Shown here: in pieces, positions 45,457-55,849 of the stretch
Numbering within the stretch: the first letter of the stretch is position 1
Layout of the letters: every line of letters begins with the position of its first letter
Source of the DNA: Clostridia bacterium
GTDB taxonomy: Bacteria > Bacillota > Clostridia > TANB77 > CAG-508
Reading direction: 5' to 3'
Assembly: GCA_017510825.1 (NCBI GenBank)
Contig: JAFWMA010000012.1
Coordinates: 45-64,044, forward strand
DNA: 64,000 nt
Notes under the pieces: generated by a model
What the model was told of the DNA's origin: nothing
Databases searched by the model: none
What the model saw: only the letters and a program-made list of their open reading frames with translations
Made by a program: the position numbers and the translations under genes

Positions 45457-46602
45457 TTATATTTTTTCAATTCTATTTAACTCATAATCAAAGAAGGAAT
45501 TGTATGTACTAAAAAATAAATTTCTTGGTAGTTTATCTATACTTTGAATATTCTCTGAACTAATGCTGTTTGTAATTTTTCCTTTGTAGTTATTAAAAAA
45601 AGTTATTCCTTTTTTGTAATTATTAATTTCCACTTTGAATCCTCTTTGTGGATATAGTAATTCAGTTCCTGTCTCATCTCTAGTGTATTTTAAATAGTCT
45701 GGATATAATTCAGTAAGATTTTTTAAGAATTCATCATAGTTTTTCTTTTCATTTAATTCTGTTACTAAATCAGAAAATGCTTTATTATCTTCTTCTTTTT
45801 CTTTTTCGTATTTATATATTGATATTTCTCCTTGACAAAAGAATACATAAAAGTTATTAGTTTTATATCCGATAAGCATTTCAGCATCTTCATTTTCAAA
45901 TTCTGGAGCACCTAAGATTTTTTTTATTTCTCTGTTTGATAATCCAGTTTTTATTCCCTCAAAAACTTCATCTTGGTATTTTTTTGTAAATACAAAGTTG
46001 AATATTTTGGTGTTTATTGTTCTTAAGTAGTATCCTTTTTCGTTGTAATAATCATAGTCGTTTTCATGTTTATCGGCAGTTCCAAGAATTTCTCTTGACT
46101 GAGCTCTACCCCAATCATTTTTTATTAGAGTATTTAAAACTTCTGATTTAATATTTAATTTTATTTGTTTTTCTTCTTTTCTTTTAGATAGTTTTGCAAT
46201 TTCTGTTTCAAAATAATTATTTGAGCCATTTATTGTGTATGATACTTTTTTTTCATTTTCCTTTATATTGATAAATATATTATTTTTTTCGTCAATAAGT
46301 CTAAATACTTTTCCTTGCATTTTCGTAGATACAGCCTTTATTAGTGTTTCGTAATAATATTGGTTACTAATTAGGTTTTTGTCATCTATTGGCATTGTTT
46401 TCAGTCCTATCACTATATCAGTATCTATTCCTTCTTCACTTGATGTGTATTCACCATAGTAAATGCAATCTAAAGATTCAATTATTTCTTTCAATCCTTC
46501 TGTTGGTTGTTTTTTATATAAAAAATATCCAATAATAAAAAATAGTAATATTAATACAATTGCTATAATAATTATTTTTCTTATATTATGTTTTTTTTTC
46601 AA
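45457..46602 (-). CDS. Membrane-anchored protein, unknown function
   Basis: 381 aa, one N-terminal TM helix. TTG start 5 nt after AGGAGG. Confidence 0.6.
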   Translation of the reverse strand: MKKKHNIRKIIIIAIVLILLFFIIGYFLYKKQPTEGLKEIIESLDCIYYGEYTSSEEGIDTDIVIGLKTMPIDDKNLISNQYYYETLIKAVSTKMQGKVFRLIDEKNNIFINIKENEKKVSYTINGSNNYFETEIAKLSKRKEEKQIKLNIKSEVLNTLIKNDWGRAQSREILGTADKHENDYDYYNEKGYYLRTINTKIFNFVFTKKYQDEVFEGIKTGLSNREIKKILGAPEFENEDAEMLIGYKTNNFYVFFCQGEISIYKYEKEKEEDNKAFSDLVTELNEKKNYDEFLKNLTELYPDYLKYTRDETGTELLYPQRGFKVEINNYKKGITFFNNYKGKITNSISSENIQSIDKLPRNLFFSTYNSFFDYELNRIEKI

Positions 46603-46725
46603 ATTTTTCCTCCTATTGTTTTTTTATTTAGTACTTTTCCATTTTTATAATAACATAAAAAACATTTTTTGTATATATTTTTTTATTTTTTTGTATCAAA
46701 AATATCTTTAATTATTTTTGGTTGT

Positions 46726-46753
46726 AAAAAAAGATAGGAGTAAATTCCTATCT
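46726..46753 (-). terminator. Terminator after secG-like gene
   Basis: Minus strand AGATAGGAatttacTCCTATCTTTTTTT. Confidence 0.6.
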
Positions 46754-46784
46754 AATGTAATTTATAATATTAAAAAATTCAACA

Positions 46785-47027
46785 TTAAACTAAATAGCAT
46801 ACAAGAGTTGTTGCTACTGTTAATATTCCAAATAGAACAGAAATAATAATTGTTCTTTTTTGTATTTTCCCTGCTCTTGTTCTACTCTTATTTTTTTCAA
46901 ATCTTGGATTTTCGTATGTATCATCTAATGATTTTTCGTTATCCTTTGATTGCATAGTAGTTATTAATATTAATACTAAACAAACAATAATATATACAAC
47001 TAACAATACGTTTTTTAGAATATCCAT
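46785..47027 (-). CDS. secG: Preprotein translocase subunit SecG (probable)
   Basis: 80 aa, two TM helices. TMQSK after TM1 and F.K.K.R....I.KRT..ISVLF resemble B. subtilis SecG. Confidence 0.6.
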   Translation of the reverse strand: MDILKNVLLVVYIIVCLVLILITTMQSKDNEKSLDDTYENPRFEKNKSRTRAGKIQKRTIIISVLFGILTVATTLVCYLV

Positions 47028-47079
47028 TTCTATTTTCCTTCCTTATTCTCAATGTGACTTATTAATTTTAACATATTTC

Positions 47080-47108
47080 AAAAAAAAAATCAAGCCTTTA
47101 GGCTTGAT
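47080..47108 (-). terminator. Terminator after rny
   Basis: Minus strand ATCAAGCCtaaaGGCTTGATTTTTTTTTT. Confidence 0.7.
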
Positions 47109-47109
47109 T

Positions 47110-48651
47110 TTATTTTGCATAATCAATTACTCTTTTTTCTCTAATGACATTAATCTTAATTTGTCCAGGATAATCCATCTCATCTTCAACTCTTTTAGCA
47201 ATATCCCTTGCCATTATTACTGTTTCGTCATCTGAAACTTTTTCGGGTGTTACTATAATTCTGATTTCTCTACCTGCTTGAATTGCATATGATTTTTCAA
47301 CTCCTTCAAATGAATCTGCAATTGATTCAAGTTGTTCTAATCTCTTAATATATGCTTCAAGTGTTTCTCTTCTTGCTCCAGGTCTTGATGCTGAGATTGC
47401 ATCAGCAGCTTGAATTAGATATGCTTCAGGAGTTTCACCTTCAACATCTCCATGGTGTGCTTCTACAGCATTAATTACTTTAGCATTTTCTTTATATTTT
47501 TTAAGAATTTCAACACCTATTTCAACATGGGTTCCTTCCATATCGTGATCTAATGCTTTTCCTAAATCATGCAATAATCCTGCTCTTGCAGCAAGTTTAG
47601 CATCTAATCCTAATTCTTCTGCCATTATTCTAGCAAGATTAGAAACTTCTATTGAATGCATTAAAACGTTTTGACCATAACTTGTCCTAAATTTTAATTT
47701 TCCAAGTAAATTGATAATGTCTGGATGAATATTCATTACTCCAGTCTCCATTGTTGCTCTTTCACCTTCTTCTTTAATGGTTTTAGCAAGTTCTTCTTTT
47801 GCTTTTTCAACCATTTCTTCAATTTTAGCGGGATGAATTCGTCCATCATCAATCAATTTTTGAAGTGCTATTTTTGCGACTTCTCTTCTTAATGAATCAA
47901 AACCTGAAATAACTACAGATTCTGGAGTGTCATCTATTACAAAATCAACACCTGTAAGTGTTTCTAATGCTTTAATGTTACGACCTTCTCTACCAATTAT
48001 CCTTCCTTTCATATCATCATTTGGTAGTGATACGATAGAAACTGTAGATTCAGCAGTATGGTCTGCTGCACATTTTTGAATTGCATATGTAATTATTTTT
48101 CTAGCTGTTTCATCAGATTTTTCTTTAATTTGATCTTCCATTTTCTTGATTCTTTCAGCTTTTTCAGAAACTAATCTTTCATCAACATTTTTTAGTAATT
48201 CTTTTTTAGCTTCTTCAGCACTTAATCTTGCAATTCTCTCTAATTCGTCTAATTGTGAATCTTTAAGTTTCTCAACTTCAGCTTTTGCTTCCTCAATTTC
48301 ATTTTCTCTAATGTCTAGATTTTTCTCTCTTTGTTCTGCTTTGTAAATTTTTTGGTCTAAATTTTCTTCCTTTTTAATAAGTCTTTTTTCTTGACGTTGA
48401 ACATCACTTCTTCTTTCTCTAATCTCTTCATCTAATTCATTTCTGCTTTGAATTATGTCTTCTTTAGCTTTTACTATTACTTCTTTTTTAGTATTTTCTG
48501 CTTCTTTATTTGCATTCTCCAAAATTCTTTGTGCCTCTTTTTCTGCACTTTCAATTTTTGTTTCTGCTGTTTTCTTTCTTAACGTATAGCCTACAAATAA
48601 AAATAATATTGCTGAGACTAGAAAAATAGTGATATAAATTACAATTTCCAT
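47110..48651 (-). CDS. rny: Ribonuclease Y
   Basis: 513 aa. N-terminal TM helix, coiled coil, KH domain ([11 protein letters not shown]), HD domain (HSIEV...LLHDLGKA). Confidence 0.95.
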   Translation of the reverse strand: MEIVIYITIFLVSAILFLFVGYTLRKKTAETKIESAEKEAQRILENANKEAENTKKEVIVKAKEDIIQSRNELDEEIRERRSDVQRQEKRLIKKEENLDQKIYKAEQREKNLDIRENEIEEAKAEVEKLKDSQLDELERIARLSAEEAKKELLKNVDERLVSEKAERIKKMEDQIKEKSDETARKIITYAIQKCAADHTAESTVSIVSLPNDDMKGRIIGREGRNIKALETLTGVDFVIDDTPESVVISGFDSLRREVAKIALQKLIDDGRIHPAKIEEMVEKAKEELAKTIKEEGERATMETGVMNIHPDIINLLGKLKFRTSYGQNVLMHSIEVSNLARIMAEELGLDAKLAARAGLLHDLGKALDHDMEGTHVEIGVEILKKYKENAKVINAVEAHHGDVEGETPEAYLIQAADAISASRPGARRETLEAYIKRLEQLESIADSFEGVEKSYAIQAGREIRIIVTPEKVSDDETVIMARDIAKRVEDEMDYPGQIKINVIREKRVIDYAK

Positions 48652-48769
48652 AATTAATACACCTCTTTCTATTTAGTTTTCAATGTACAAATATATATAA
48701 CTCTTTTTATAAATATTCTACATTATATATTTTATTATTATTTAAACAATATGTCAAGTGTATATGCGA

Positions 48770-48801
48770 AAAAACACTGAATTATTATTTCAGTGTTTTT
48801 T
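48770..48801 (-). terminator. Terminator after xerD
   Basis: Minus strand AAACACTGAAataataaTTCAGTGTTTTTT. Confidence 0.65.
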
Positions 48802-48802
48802 T

Positions 48803-49684
48803 CTAAGCTCTTGGATGAGCTTTATTATATATATCTTTTAGTTCTGAAGTTTCAAATTTTGAATAAATTTGTGTTGAAGAAATATCTGTGTGACCTAGCA
48901 TAACTTGAATTGATTTCAAATCTGCTCCATTTTGCAATAAGTGGGTTGCAAATGAATGTCTTAAAATGTGTGGTGTTATTTCTTTATCAATATGAGCTTT
49001 TTCTTTGTAGTATTTAACTATTTTCCAGAAGCCTTGTCTAGTTAATCTAGTTCCATTCATATTCACAAATAAAGCTTTATTTGAATCATCTTTTAACAAA
49101 ATTGGTCTTGCTTGTTCAATATATTCTTTAAGTGCCTTTTCAGCAAGTCCACCTAAAGGTACTGTTCTCTCTTTCCTTCCACTAGAACATGTTACTGTTC
49201 CCTCTTTAAAATTTATATCATCAATATTTAAATCTATTATTTCAGTAACTTTCATGCCAGTTGCATATGCAAATTCAAGCATAGCTTTATCTCTAATTCC
49301 TTTTAAATCAACATCTTTTGGTTGTTCTAAAAGTAGTTCTACTTCATCTGATGTTAGTACAGCGGGAACCTTTTTTTCTATTTTGGGTGATTGTAATCCA
49401 GAAGTTGGATTAACTTTTACCTTTTTAGTTTTAACTAAAAATTGATAGAAAGATCTGATACTAGCTAAACTCCTAGAAATAGTAGACGTCTTCTTACCTT
49501 TTTTCTTTAATTCTTTTAAGTATTTTTTTATATCTTCATTAGTAACCTTTAGATAATTTATATCTTTTTCTTTCAAATACTCTTTATATTGTGTAATATC
49601 CCTTTTATATGATTGTACAGTGTTATTTGATAGTTTCTTATCATTTTGTAAAAAGTCTAAAAAAAGTTTAATCTGCTTTTCCAT
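48803..49684 (-). CDS. xerD: Tyrosine recombinase XerD/RipX type
   Basis: 293 aa. SAM-like N-domain. Catalytic R...HILRHSFATHLL...LGH...TQIY. Confidence 0.88.
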   Translation of the reverse strand: MEKQIKLFLDFLQNDKKLSNNTVQSYKRDITQYKEYLKEKDINYLKVTNEDIKKYLKELKKKGKKTSTISRSLASIRSFYQFLVKTKKVKVNPTSGLQSPKIEKKVPAVLTSDEVELLLEQPKDVDLKGIRDKAMLEFAYATGMKVTEIIDLNIDDINFKEGTVTCSSGRKERTVPLGGLAEKALKEYIEQARPILLKDDSNKALFVNMNGTRLTRQGFWKIVKYYKEKAHIDKEITPHILRHSFATHLLQNGADLKSIQVMLGHTDISSTQIYSKFETSELKDIYNKAHPRA

Positions 49685-49784
49685 TCTGCACCCCTATCTC
49701 TAAAAATTTACATAAATAATTTAATTAAGTTATATCAAATTATTTAAAAAAAGTAAAGGGTTTTTACTTTAATTTTTTATTTTT

Positions 49785-50390
49785 TTAAAAATAGTTATTT
49801 AGCATTAAAAAAAGATTTGTACTTAAAAATGTTTTTATTAGTGATGAGAGAATTGAGCTAAATATTATTAGCATAAAAACTATTATGTATTTTATTAGCG
49901 AAATGTTTTTAGTTCTGCTTTTTATTATTTGATTGTAGTTATTGATGCAAAAAATACCTGTAAAAATAATTGTTGGAATAAATATTATTTCACTGAGCAG
50001 TATTAAAGAAATATTGAATACTATTCCTTTTCCCATTCCCAGTATTAATATTACGCTTGAAATTGCATATCCTAGTGAAAATCCTTTATAGCCAATTAAA
50101 ATAGAAGTACTTAGTTTTCTCCATATTGATAAAGAAAGAATTATAAGAATTCCTATAAATTTTATATTATTAGATATTGAGTGTTTTAGTAATAAACCAT
50201 AATTTATGTTGTTTTGTTCTTTAATATTTCTACTAAATTCAATTAGATAATTATTAATTTTTTCTTTGTTTTCTATATTTAAATTATTAACTGCTATTAT
50301 TCCGATTGTCACTCCTATAATAAAAACAAGCATATAATATAAATATGATTTGTAGTTTTCTTTAAAGTGATTTTCAATTGTTTCTTTCAT
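49785..50390 (-). CDS. spoIIM: Stage II sporulation protein M
   Basis: Start at ATG 50390 (GGAAGGA RBS). About 201 aa, 5 TM helices. xerD-spoIIM neighbourhood as in Bacilli. Confidence 0.75.
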   Translation of the reverse strand: MKETIENHFKENYKSYLYYMLVFIIGVTIGIIAVNNLNIENKEKINNYLIEFSRNIKEQNNINYGLLLKHSISNNIKFIGILIILSLSIWRKLSTSILIGYKGFSLGYAISSVILILGMGKGIVFNISLILLSEIIFIPTIIFTGIFCINNYNQIIKSRTKNISLIKYIIVFMLIIFSSILSSLIKTFLSTNLFLMLNNYF

Positions 50391-50508
50391 TTTATTATCC
50401 TTCCATATCTTAGTCACTAAATCAGATTGTTTTTTAAACTAACTTCTCATTTTTTTCTACATAATATCTATGTGATAATAAAAATTATAGAACAATCTAA
50501 GTCAAATT

Positions 50509-50784
50509 TTATTTTAAATTATTAAAATCATTTATAGCCATTTTATATGTTTTTAGTATTTCAATTCCACTAATATAATTTAATGTGTCTATTATTTCAT
50601 TTACATCTTTCATTTGACTCTCAGTTAATTCTTTTTTTAGTTTTTTTTCAATTTTTTCAATTTTATCCATTTGCTCAATATATTCATCATCATTATTTCT
50701 TAAATCTTTAGCCATATTGTTTATTCTTTTATAAACAAAATCATCAAATTCTTTATTAAATACATTTGTATCGGGTAGTTTCAT
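50509..50784 (-). CDS. Hypothetical 91-aa helical protein
   Basis: GAGGAA RBS, charged and helical, no family recognised. Confidence 0.55.
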   Translation of the reverse strand: MKLPDTNVFNKEFDDFVYKRINNMAKDLRNNDDEYIEQMDKIEKIEKKLKKELTESQMKDVNEIIDTLNYISGIEILKTYKMAINDFNNLK

Positions 50785-50962
50785 ATTTCCTCATTTCTTT
50801 CTTTACTTTGGTCGTTTATTATTTTTCTAATTATATATCAATATACATTATAAAGCAATATTTTTGTATTTATTAGTATTGTTTTGTTATAGCTATATAT
50901 TTTTTAGGACTAATAATAATTTTGAATTAATTTTATAATAATATATTGAAGGAGTATGTACT

Positions 50963-51169
50963 ATGGTTAGATTTAAAGTTAAAGAATTATTAGAAAAACA
51001 TAAAATGTCTAGATATAAATTAAGACAATACTCTGATTTCACTTATGAAAGAGTAAATCAGTTTTATTTTAATACTGCAAAAAGTATTAAAGTTGAAGAG
51101 ATAAATATTTTATGTGAAATATTTAACTGTAATGTTTCGGATTTAATTGAGTTTAAATATGATAAATGA
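50963..51169 (+). CDS. XRE-family helix-turn-helix transcriptional regulator
   Basis: 68 aa. LLEKHKMSRYKLRQYSD...INILCEIFNCNVSDLIEF is the Cro/C1 HTH pattern. GAAGGAG RBS. Confidence 0.75.
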   Translation: MVRFKVKELLEKHKMSRYKLRQYSDFTYERVNQFYFNTAKSIKVEEINILCEIFNCNVSDLIEFKYDK

Positions 51170-51374
51170 TTTTATTTTATCATTATATTGTTTTGTATAT
51201 TTGATTTCATCAATATTTGTAAAGAATATTAATATTAGATTTTCTATATTTAATATTCTTTATATTCTTTACAAATAATCAATTGTTATTCTTATTATAT
51301 AGTAATTGTATTATTTCGTCAATATTTTTATATAAAAAAAATCATATTTATTTTGTCCAATAATATATTTAACT

Positions 51375-52403
51375 ATGAAGTTTTTTATATTTTTTAAAAG
51401 AAATCTAATATCTTTTTCATTTGTATTGTTTGTTTTTCTTTTAGTAGCTTTTTCAAATAGTACCTTTTATGCTACTAAAAATGGACTTACTCTTTGGGCT
51501 AATAGTGTTGTTCCTTCTCTGTTCCCTTTTTTAGTTGCTGTGGAGTTGTTAAATCATACTAGTGTAGTTTATTATTTAAGTGTTTTACTTGATAAATATA
51601 TGAAACCTTTATTTAATTTGCCTGGGATCTCTGCGTACCCATTTATTATGGGACTTTTAAGTGGGTATCCTATTGGAGCTAAGATTGTTTGTGATTTGTA
51701 TGATAACGACTTCTGCACAAAAGAAGAAGCTGAAAGAATGTTGAGCTTTACTAACAACTCTGGTCCATTATTTATTATTGGAACTGTTGGTATTTCTTTT
51801 TATTCAAATTCTACTATTGGAATAATTTTGCTTATAACTCATGTTTTAGCTTCAATTACGGTTGGTATTGTTACAGGGATCTTTTCTAAATCTGGAAATA
51901 CAATATATAGAAATAAAAATTTAGGAAATATTCATAATTCTGCTGATATTTCTGTTTCAAATTTAGGTGAAATTTTAGGCTTAGCAATTATTAATTCTAT
52001 TAAAAATATTTTAGTTATAGGTGGTTTTGTAACTTTGTTTTCTGTTATTACAACTTTATTAGAAAAAACTCATTGTATAAGCATTGTATCTAATACTATT
52101 TCATCTATATCTAAATTGGATTCAAGTATAGTCTCTTCGTTTATATCTGGAATTGTTGAATTTACTAATGGATTGAGCAAATTATCTAGTATTCATATTA
52201 AAAACATTTCTTTAATTTTTGTATTGTCTGCTTTTATTATTGGATTTGGTGGTATATCTGTATCTCTCCAAGTTCTTAGTATAATTAGCAAACATAATTT
52301 GTCTATAAAAAAATACCTGCTTGGCAAGCTTATGCAAGCTACTTTAGCAGGACTGTATACTTTTTTAATTTTATTAATTCCTATTTTTAATTTTGATATC
52401 TGA
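51375..52403 (+). CDS. Nucleoside-recognition (Gate) domain membrane protein, YlbJ-like sporulation protein
   Basis: 342 aa, polytopic. GLTLWANSVVPSLFPFLV and GLLSGYPIGAK resemble YlbJ. Confidence 0.6.
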   Translation: MKFFIFFKRNLISFSFVLFVFLLVAFSNSTFYATKNGLTLWANSVVPSLFPFLVAVELLNHTSVVYYLSVLLDKYMKPLFNLPGISAYPFIMGLLSGYPIGAKIVCDLYDNDFCTKEEAERMLSFTNNSGPLFIIGTVGISFYSNSTIGIILLITHVLASITVGIVTGIFSKSGNTIYRNKNLGNIHNSADISVSNLGEILGLAIINSIKNILVIGGFVTLFSVITTLLEKTHCISIVSNTISSISKLDSSIVSSFISGIVEFTNGLSKLSSIHIKNISLIFVLSAFIIGFGGISVSLQVLSIISKHNLSIKKYLLGKLMQATLAGLYTFLILLIPIFNFDI

Positions 52404-52588
52404 TAACTTTGGGAAATGGTGATGTGTTATTTTTTCAATGATTTTGAAAAATAGCAAGTCCTCATTTCTATTGATTTTACTGGTGTTTCACTAATTATTT
52501 AAGAATGAACACGAGTAGTGTTTAGTACGGTATCCCAATAATTGTGTCTGGGTTGTACTAAAATGAGATTTTTGTTACGTCCCCATTC

Positions 52589-52612
52589 AAAAAAATTCCC
52601 GGTTTTCCGGGA
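52589..52612 (-). terminator. Terminator after tRNA-Met
   Basis: Minus strand TCCCGGaaaaCCGGGAATTTTTTT. Confidence 0.75.
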
Positions 52613-52617
52613 TTAGG

Positions 52618-52693
52618 TGGTAGCGATGGGGAGGATCGAACTCTCGACCTTTCGGGTATGAACCGAACGCTCTAGCCAGCTGAGCTACATCGC
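52618..52693 (-). tRNA. tRNA-Met (CAT), elongator-like
   Basis: Reverse complement GGCGATGTAGCTCAGCTGGCTAGAGCGTTCGGTTCATACCCGAAAGGTCGAGAGTTCGATCCTCCCCATCGCTACCA. Anticodon loop TTCATAC. One A-C mismatch in the T-stem by my folding. Confidence 0.85.
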
Positions 52694-52709
52694 CATATAT
52701 AACAGTATT

Positions 52710-52739
52710 TATTATACAATAATTTTGTATAACTTGTCA
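52710..52739 (-). promoter_or_regulatory. Promoter of tRNA-Met
   Basis: Minus strand TTGACA (52739-52734), 18 nt spacer, TATAAT (52715-52710). Confidence 0.5.
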
Positions 52740-52819
52740 ATGATTTTTCTGATTTTTAGTTGTAATTTTTGCAATTTAGTGATATATTTATTTTAAAGAT
52801 TTTATTTGGGAGGTTTATT

Positions 52820-53536
52820 ATGACACCACATAATGAAGCTGAATTAGGTGATATTGCCAAAACTGTGCTTATGCCCGGTGATCCACTTCGTGCTAAGTAT
52901 ATTGCTGAAAACTTTTTAGAAAATGCAAAACTTGTTAATTCAGTAAGAAATATGCTAACTTATACTGGTACTTATAAAGGTAAAGAATTTACAATTTTTC
53001 CATCAGGGATGGGAATGCCTAGTATGGGAATATATTGTTATGAGCTTTTTAAATTTTATAATGTTGAGAATATTATTAGGATTGGTACTTGTGGTGCTTA
53101 TACTGAAGAACTAAATTTATTAGATACGATTTTAGTTGATAACAGCTTTACACCTGGGAATTTTTCTTTAGTGTTAACTGGAGATGATGAGCATATTTCT
53201 GCATCTAGTACTTTAATAAATAGAATAATACTAGAAACTGCTAAATTACATAATATTGAAATAGTTCAAGGTAATACATTATGTAGCGAGGTGTTTGATT
53301 ATTATTGTGAATTTGATAAGTTCTTTAGTTTAATTCCTAGAGATTTAAATATTATTGCTCCTGAAATGGAGGCTTATGCATTGTTTAGTACTGCACAGCT
53401 ATTTAATAAAAATGCTTCTTGCTTACTTTCTGTTGTAGATTCTCATTATAAAGAACAATCTGTTACTTCTGAACAACGTGAAAAATCTTTAAATGATATG
53501 ATAGTAATTGCTTTAGATTCTGGATTAAAATTATAA
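52820..53536 (+). CDS. deoD: Purine nucleoside phosphorylase, DeoD type
   Basis: ATG at 52820 behind GGGAGG. MTPHNEAELGDIAKTVLMPGDPLRAKYIAENFL...GMGMPS matches the DeoD N-terminus. 238 aa. Confidence 0.9.
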   Translation: MTPHNEAELGDIAKTVLMPGDPLRAKYIAENFLENAKLVNSVRNMLTYTGTYKGKEFTIFPSGMGMPSMGIYCYELFKFYNVENIIRIGTCGAYTEELNLLDTILVDNSFTPGNFSLVLTGDDEHISASSTLINRIILETAKLHNIEIVQGNTLCSEVFDYYCEFDKFFSLIPRDLNIIAPEMEAYALFSTAQLFNKNASCLLSVVDSHYKEQSVTSEQREKSLNDMIVIALDSGLKL

Positions 53537-53538
53537 AT

Positions 53539-53580
53539 AAAAGTATCCAATACGATTTACTTTACTATTGGATACTTTTT
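53539..53580. terminator. Bidirectional terminator between deoD and dapA
   Basis: AGTATCCAATacgatttactttactATTGGATACT with A/T flanks. Confidence 0.65.
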
Positions 53581-53591
53581 GTTCTATGTTT

Positions 53592-54476
53592 CTATTTGTT
53601 GAATTTTTCTATTTCTTGTTTTATTATTTTTTTACTTGTTTCTGTTGGCTCTGTTAGTGGTAGTCTTGGTTTTCCAAAATCAAATCCAACTTCTTTTAGT
53701 GCGAATTTAACTGGTGTTGGATTTACTTCACAAAATAATGCATTAATTAATGGAATTGCTTTTATTTGCATTTCTCCTGCTTTTTTGAAGTCTCCATCAA
53801 AATATGTTTTGCACATTTCGTGTGTATATTTAGGCTCTATGTTTGATAATACAGAAATTACTCCAATGCCTCCTAATGATAGTATTGGAATTACTTGATC
53901 ATCATTTCCTGAGTATATAGATAAGTTATCTTCACATAGATTTATTATTTTAGCTATTTGAGACAAATCTCCACTTGCTTCTTTTATTGCTACTATATTT
54001 TCTACTTTCGATAGTTCTTTAGCTGTTTCTGGTTCAATGTTAACCCCGGTTCTACTCTTTACACTATACATTACTATTGGTAGTTTTGTTTCGTTGGCAA
54101 TGGTTTTATAATGTTCAATTAATCCTAACTGTGTAGTTTTATTGTAGTATGGTGTAACTACTAAAGCTCCATCACATCCTATGCTTTCTGCATATTTTGT
54201 CATTTCAACTGCTGATTTTGTATTATTTGAACCTGTTCCAGCTATTACTGGAACTCTTCCATTAGATTTTTCTACTACAAATTTAATAGCTTCTTTTCTT
54301 TCTTGCTCAGTCATTGTTGATGATTCTCCTGTTGTTCCACATACTATAAGTGAATCTACATCATTTTTTATTTGGTCTTCTATCATTTTTCCAAATATTT
54401 CATAGTTTACTTCATTATTTTTGTCAAATGGGGTTGCTAATGCTGTTCCACATCCTTTAAAAATTGCTTTTTTCAT
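53592..54476 (-). CDS. dapA: 4-hydroxy-tetrahydrodipicolinate synthase
   Basis: 294 aa. GCGTALATPF, VCGTTGES, YNKT, and the catalytic-Lys region AIKEASG. Confidence 0.93.
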   Translation of the reverse strand: MKKAIFKGCGTALATPFDKNNEVNYEIFGKMIEDQIKNDVDSLIVCGTTGESSTMTEQERKEAIKFVVEKSNGRVPVIAGTGSNNTKSAVEMTKYAESIGCDGALVVTPYYNKTTQLGLIEHYKTIANETKLPIVMYSVKSRTGVNIEPETAKELSKVENIVAIKEASGDLSQIAKIINLCEDNLSIYSGNDDQVIPILSLGGIGVISVLSNIEPKYTHEMCKTYFDGDFKKAGEMQIKAIPLINALFCEVNPTPVKFALKEVGFDFGKPRLPLTEPTETSKKIIKQEIEKFNK

Positions 54477-54493
54477 ATTTACCTCCTAAATTT

Positions 54494-54523
54494 GGGTCAA
54501 ATGCTCCGTCCCCAGTGGCCCAT
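54494..54523 (-). repeat. GC-rich 30-nt dispersed motif, copy c (asd-dapA spacer)
   Basis: Minus strand ATGGGCCACTGGGGACGGAGCATTTGACCC. Its ATG overlaps the asd stop as TAATG. Confidence 0.85.
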
Positions 54524-55566
54524 TATTTTTCTAACAATTTTTTCAAAATTTGTATTGCATTTGTTGCAGCTCCTTTTCTAATATTATCTGCAACAATCCA
54601 CAAATTTACTCCAGATTTAACACTTTCATCTCTTCTTATTCTTCCAACATAAACTTCATTATGTCCACTTACTTCTGTTGATATTGGATAAGATTTTTCA
54701 TCTTTTCCATCTATTACTACAATTCCTTCAAAGTTTCTCAATGTTTGTTTTAATTCTTCTAATTCAAAATCTTTTTCAAGTTCAACATTTACACTTTCAC
54801 AATGTGAATTAAATATCGGCACTCTTACTGCAGTTGCTGTAACAGGCAAATCTGCGTGTTTTAAAATCTTTCTTGTTTCATTCACCATTTTCATTTCTTC
54901 TCTTGTATATCCGTTTTCTTCAAATACATCTATATGTGGCAAACAATTGTTGAATATAGGATATGGGAATTTTTTTAAATCATATTGCTCTGAACCTGCA
55001 ATATTAATATTATCAAATTCATCTTTTTTTTCTCTGTAGTTTTCTGTTCCATTTTCTAAGTCTTCTACTCCATATCTTCCTGCTCCTGAGACAGCTTGAT
55101 ATGTTGAATAAACTATTCTTTTAATTATGTATTTATCATCTAGTGCCTTTAAAGGTACCACTGCTTGTATTGTAGAACAATTTGGGTTTGCAATTATTCC
55201 TTTATTATTTGTTATTTCTTCAGGGTTCACTTCTGGCACAACTAGTGGAACATCTTTATCCATTCTAAAAGCATTGCTATTATCAATTACAACACAACCA
55301 TGTTTTGCTGCAATTGGAGAAAATTGCTTTGATGTAGCCCCTCCAGCTGAGAATATTGCATAGTCAATATGCTCGTCAAAAGAATGTTCTGTTAATTCTT
55401 GTACTTCATATTCATTACCAATGAACTTTATTTTTTTTCCTGCAGACCTAGCTGAAGCCATTAATATGTATTCATCAATTGGTAATTTTTCTTCTTCAAG
55501 GACTTTTAAAACTGTTCTGCCAACGACTCCTGTCACGCCTACAACAGCAACTCTAACTTTTTTCAT
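54523..55566 (-). CDS. asd: Aspartate-semialdehyde dehydrogenase
   Basis: 347 aa. VGVTGVVG Rossmann motif, NPNCSTI active-site Cys, QAVSGAG. Confidence 0.93.
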   Translation of the reverse strand: MKKVRVAVVGVTGVVGRTVLKVLEEEKLPIDEYILMASARSAGKKIKFIGNEYEVQELTEHSFDEHIDYAIFSAGGATSKQFSPIAAKHGCVVIDNSNAFRMDKDVPLVVPEVNPEEITNNKGIIANPNCSTIQAVVPLKALDDKYIIKRIVYSTYQAVSGAGRYGVEDLENGTENYREKKDEFDNINIAGSEQYDLKKFPYPIFNNCLPHIDVFEENGYTREEMKMVNETRKILKHADLPVTATAVRVPIFNSHCESVNVELEKDFELEELKQTLRNFEGIVVIDGKDEKSYPISTEVSGHNEVYVGRIRRDESVKSGVNLWIVADNIRKGAATNAIQILKKLLEK

Positions 55567-55804
55567 AAAATTAAATCACTCTCCTTCCCTCAATATATTC
55601 ATAATTATTATATACAATAATTATGAATTATAATAGTTTTTTTGGTTGCTTCTTATCTTTTTTTTATACCTTAATAAAATAATATTTTTTCTTAATTGCT
55701 TATATGCATATTATTTTACTATATTTAGAGTTCAAAAGCAAGAAATTTTAAAAATTCTCATCTTGTTATTATTTCTCTCATTCAGCCCCATATTTAGTAG
55801 CGTC

Positions 55805-55836
55805 GTGCCAAATTTTATGAAATAAAATTTAGTCAC
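55805..55836. repeat. AT-rich perfect hairpin, copy 1 of a dispersed element
   Basis: GTGCCAAATTTTATgaaATAAAATTTAGTCAC. A second copy lies at 61273-61304. Confidence 0.8.
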
Positions 55837-55849
55837 ATTATAATTTTAT

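Noticed and set aside
52404-52588. Known structured RNA (6S, SRP, tmRNA, RNase P) in the moderately GC-rich spacer between the ylbJ-like gene and tRNA-Met
   Set aside because: Only short local stems (TTTAGTAC...GTACTAAA, CCCA...TGGG) and a GGGGACG word are present. None of the conserved cores of those RNAs was recognised. It may be decayed DNA.
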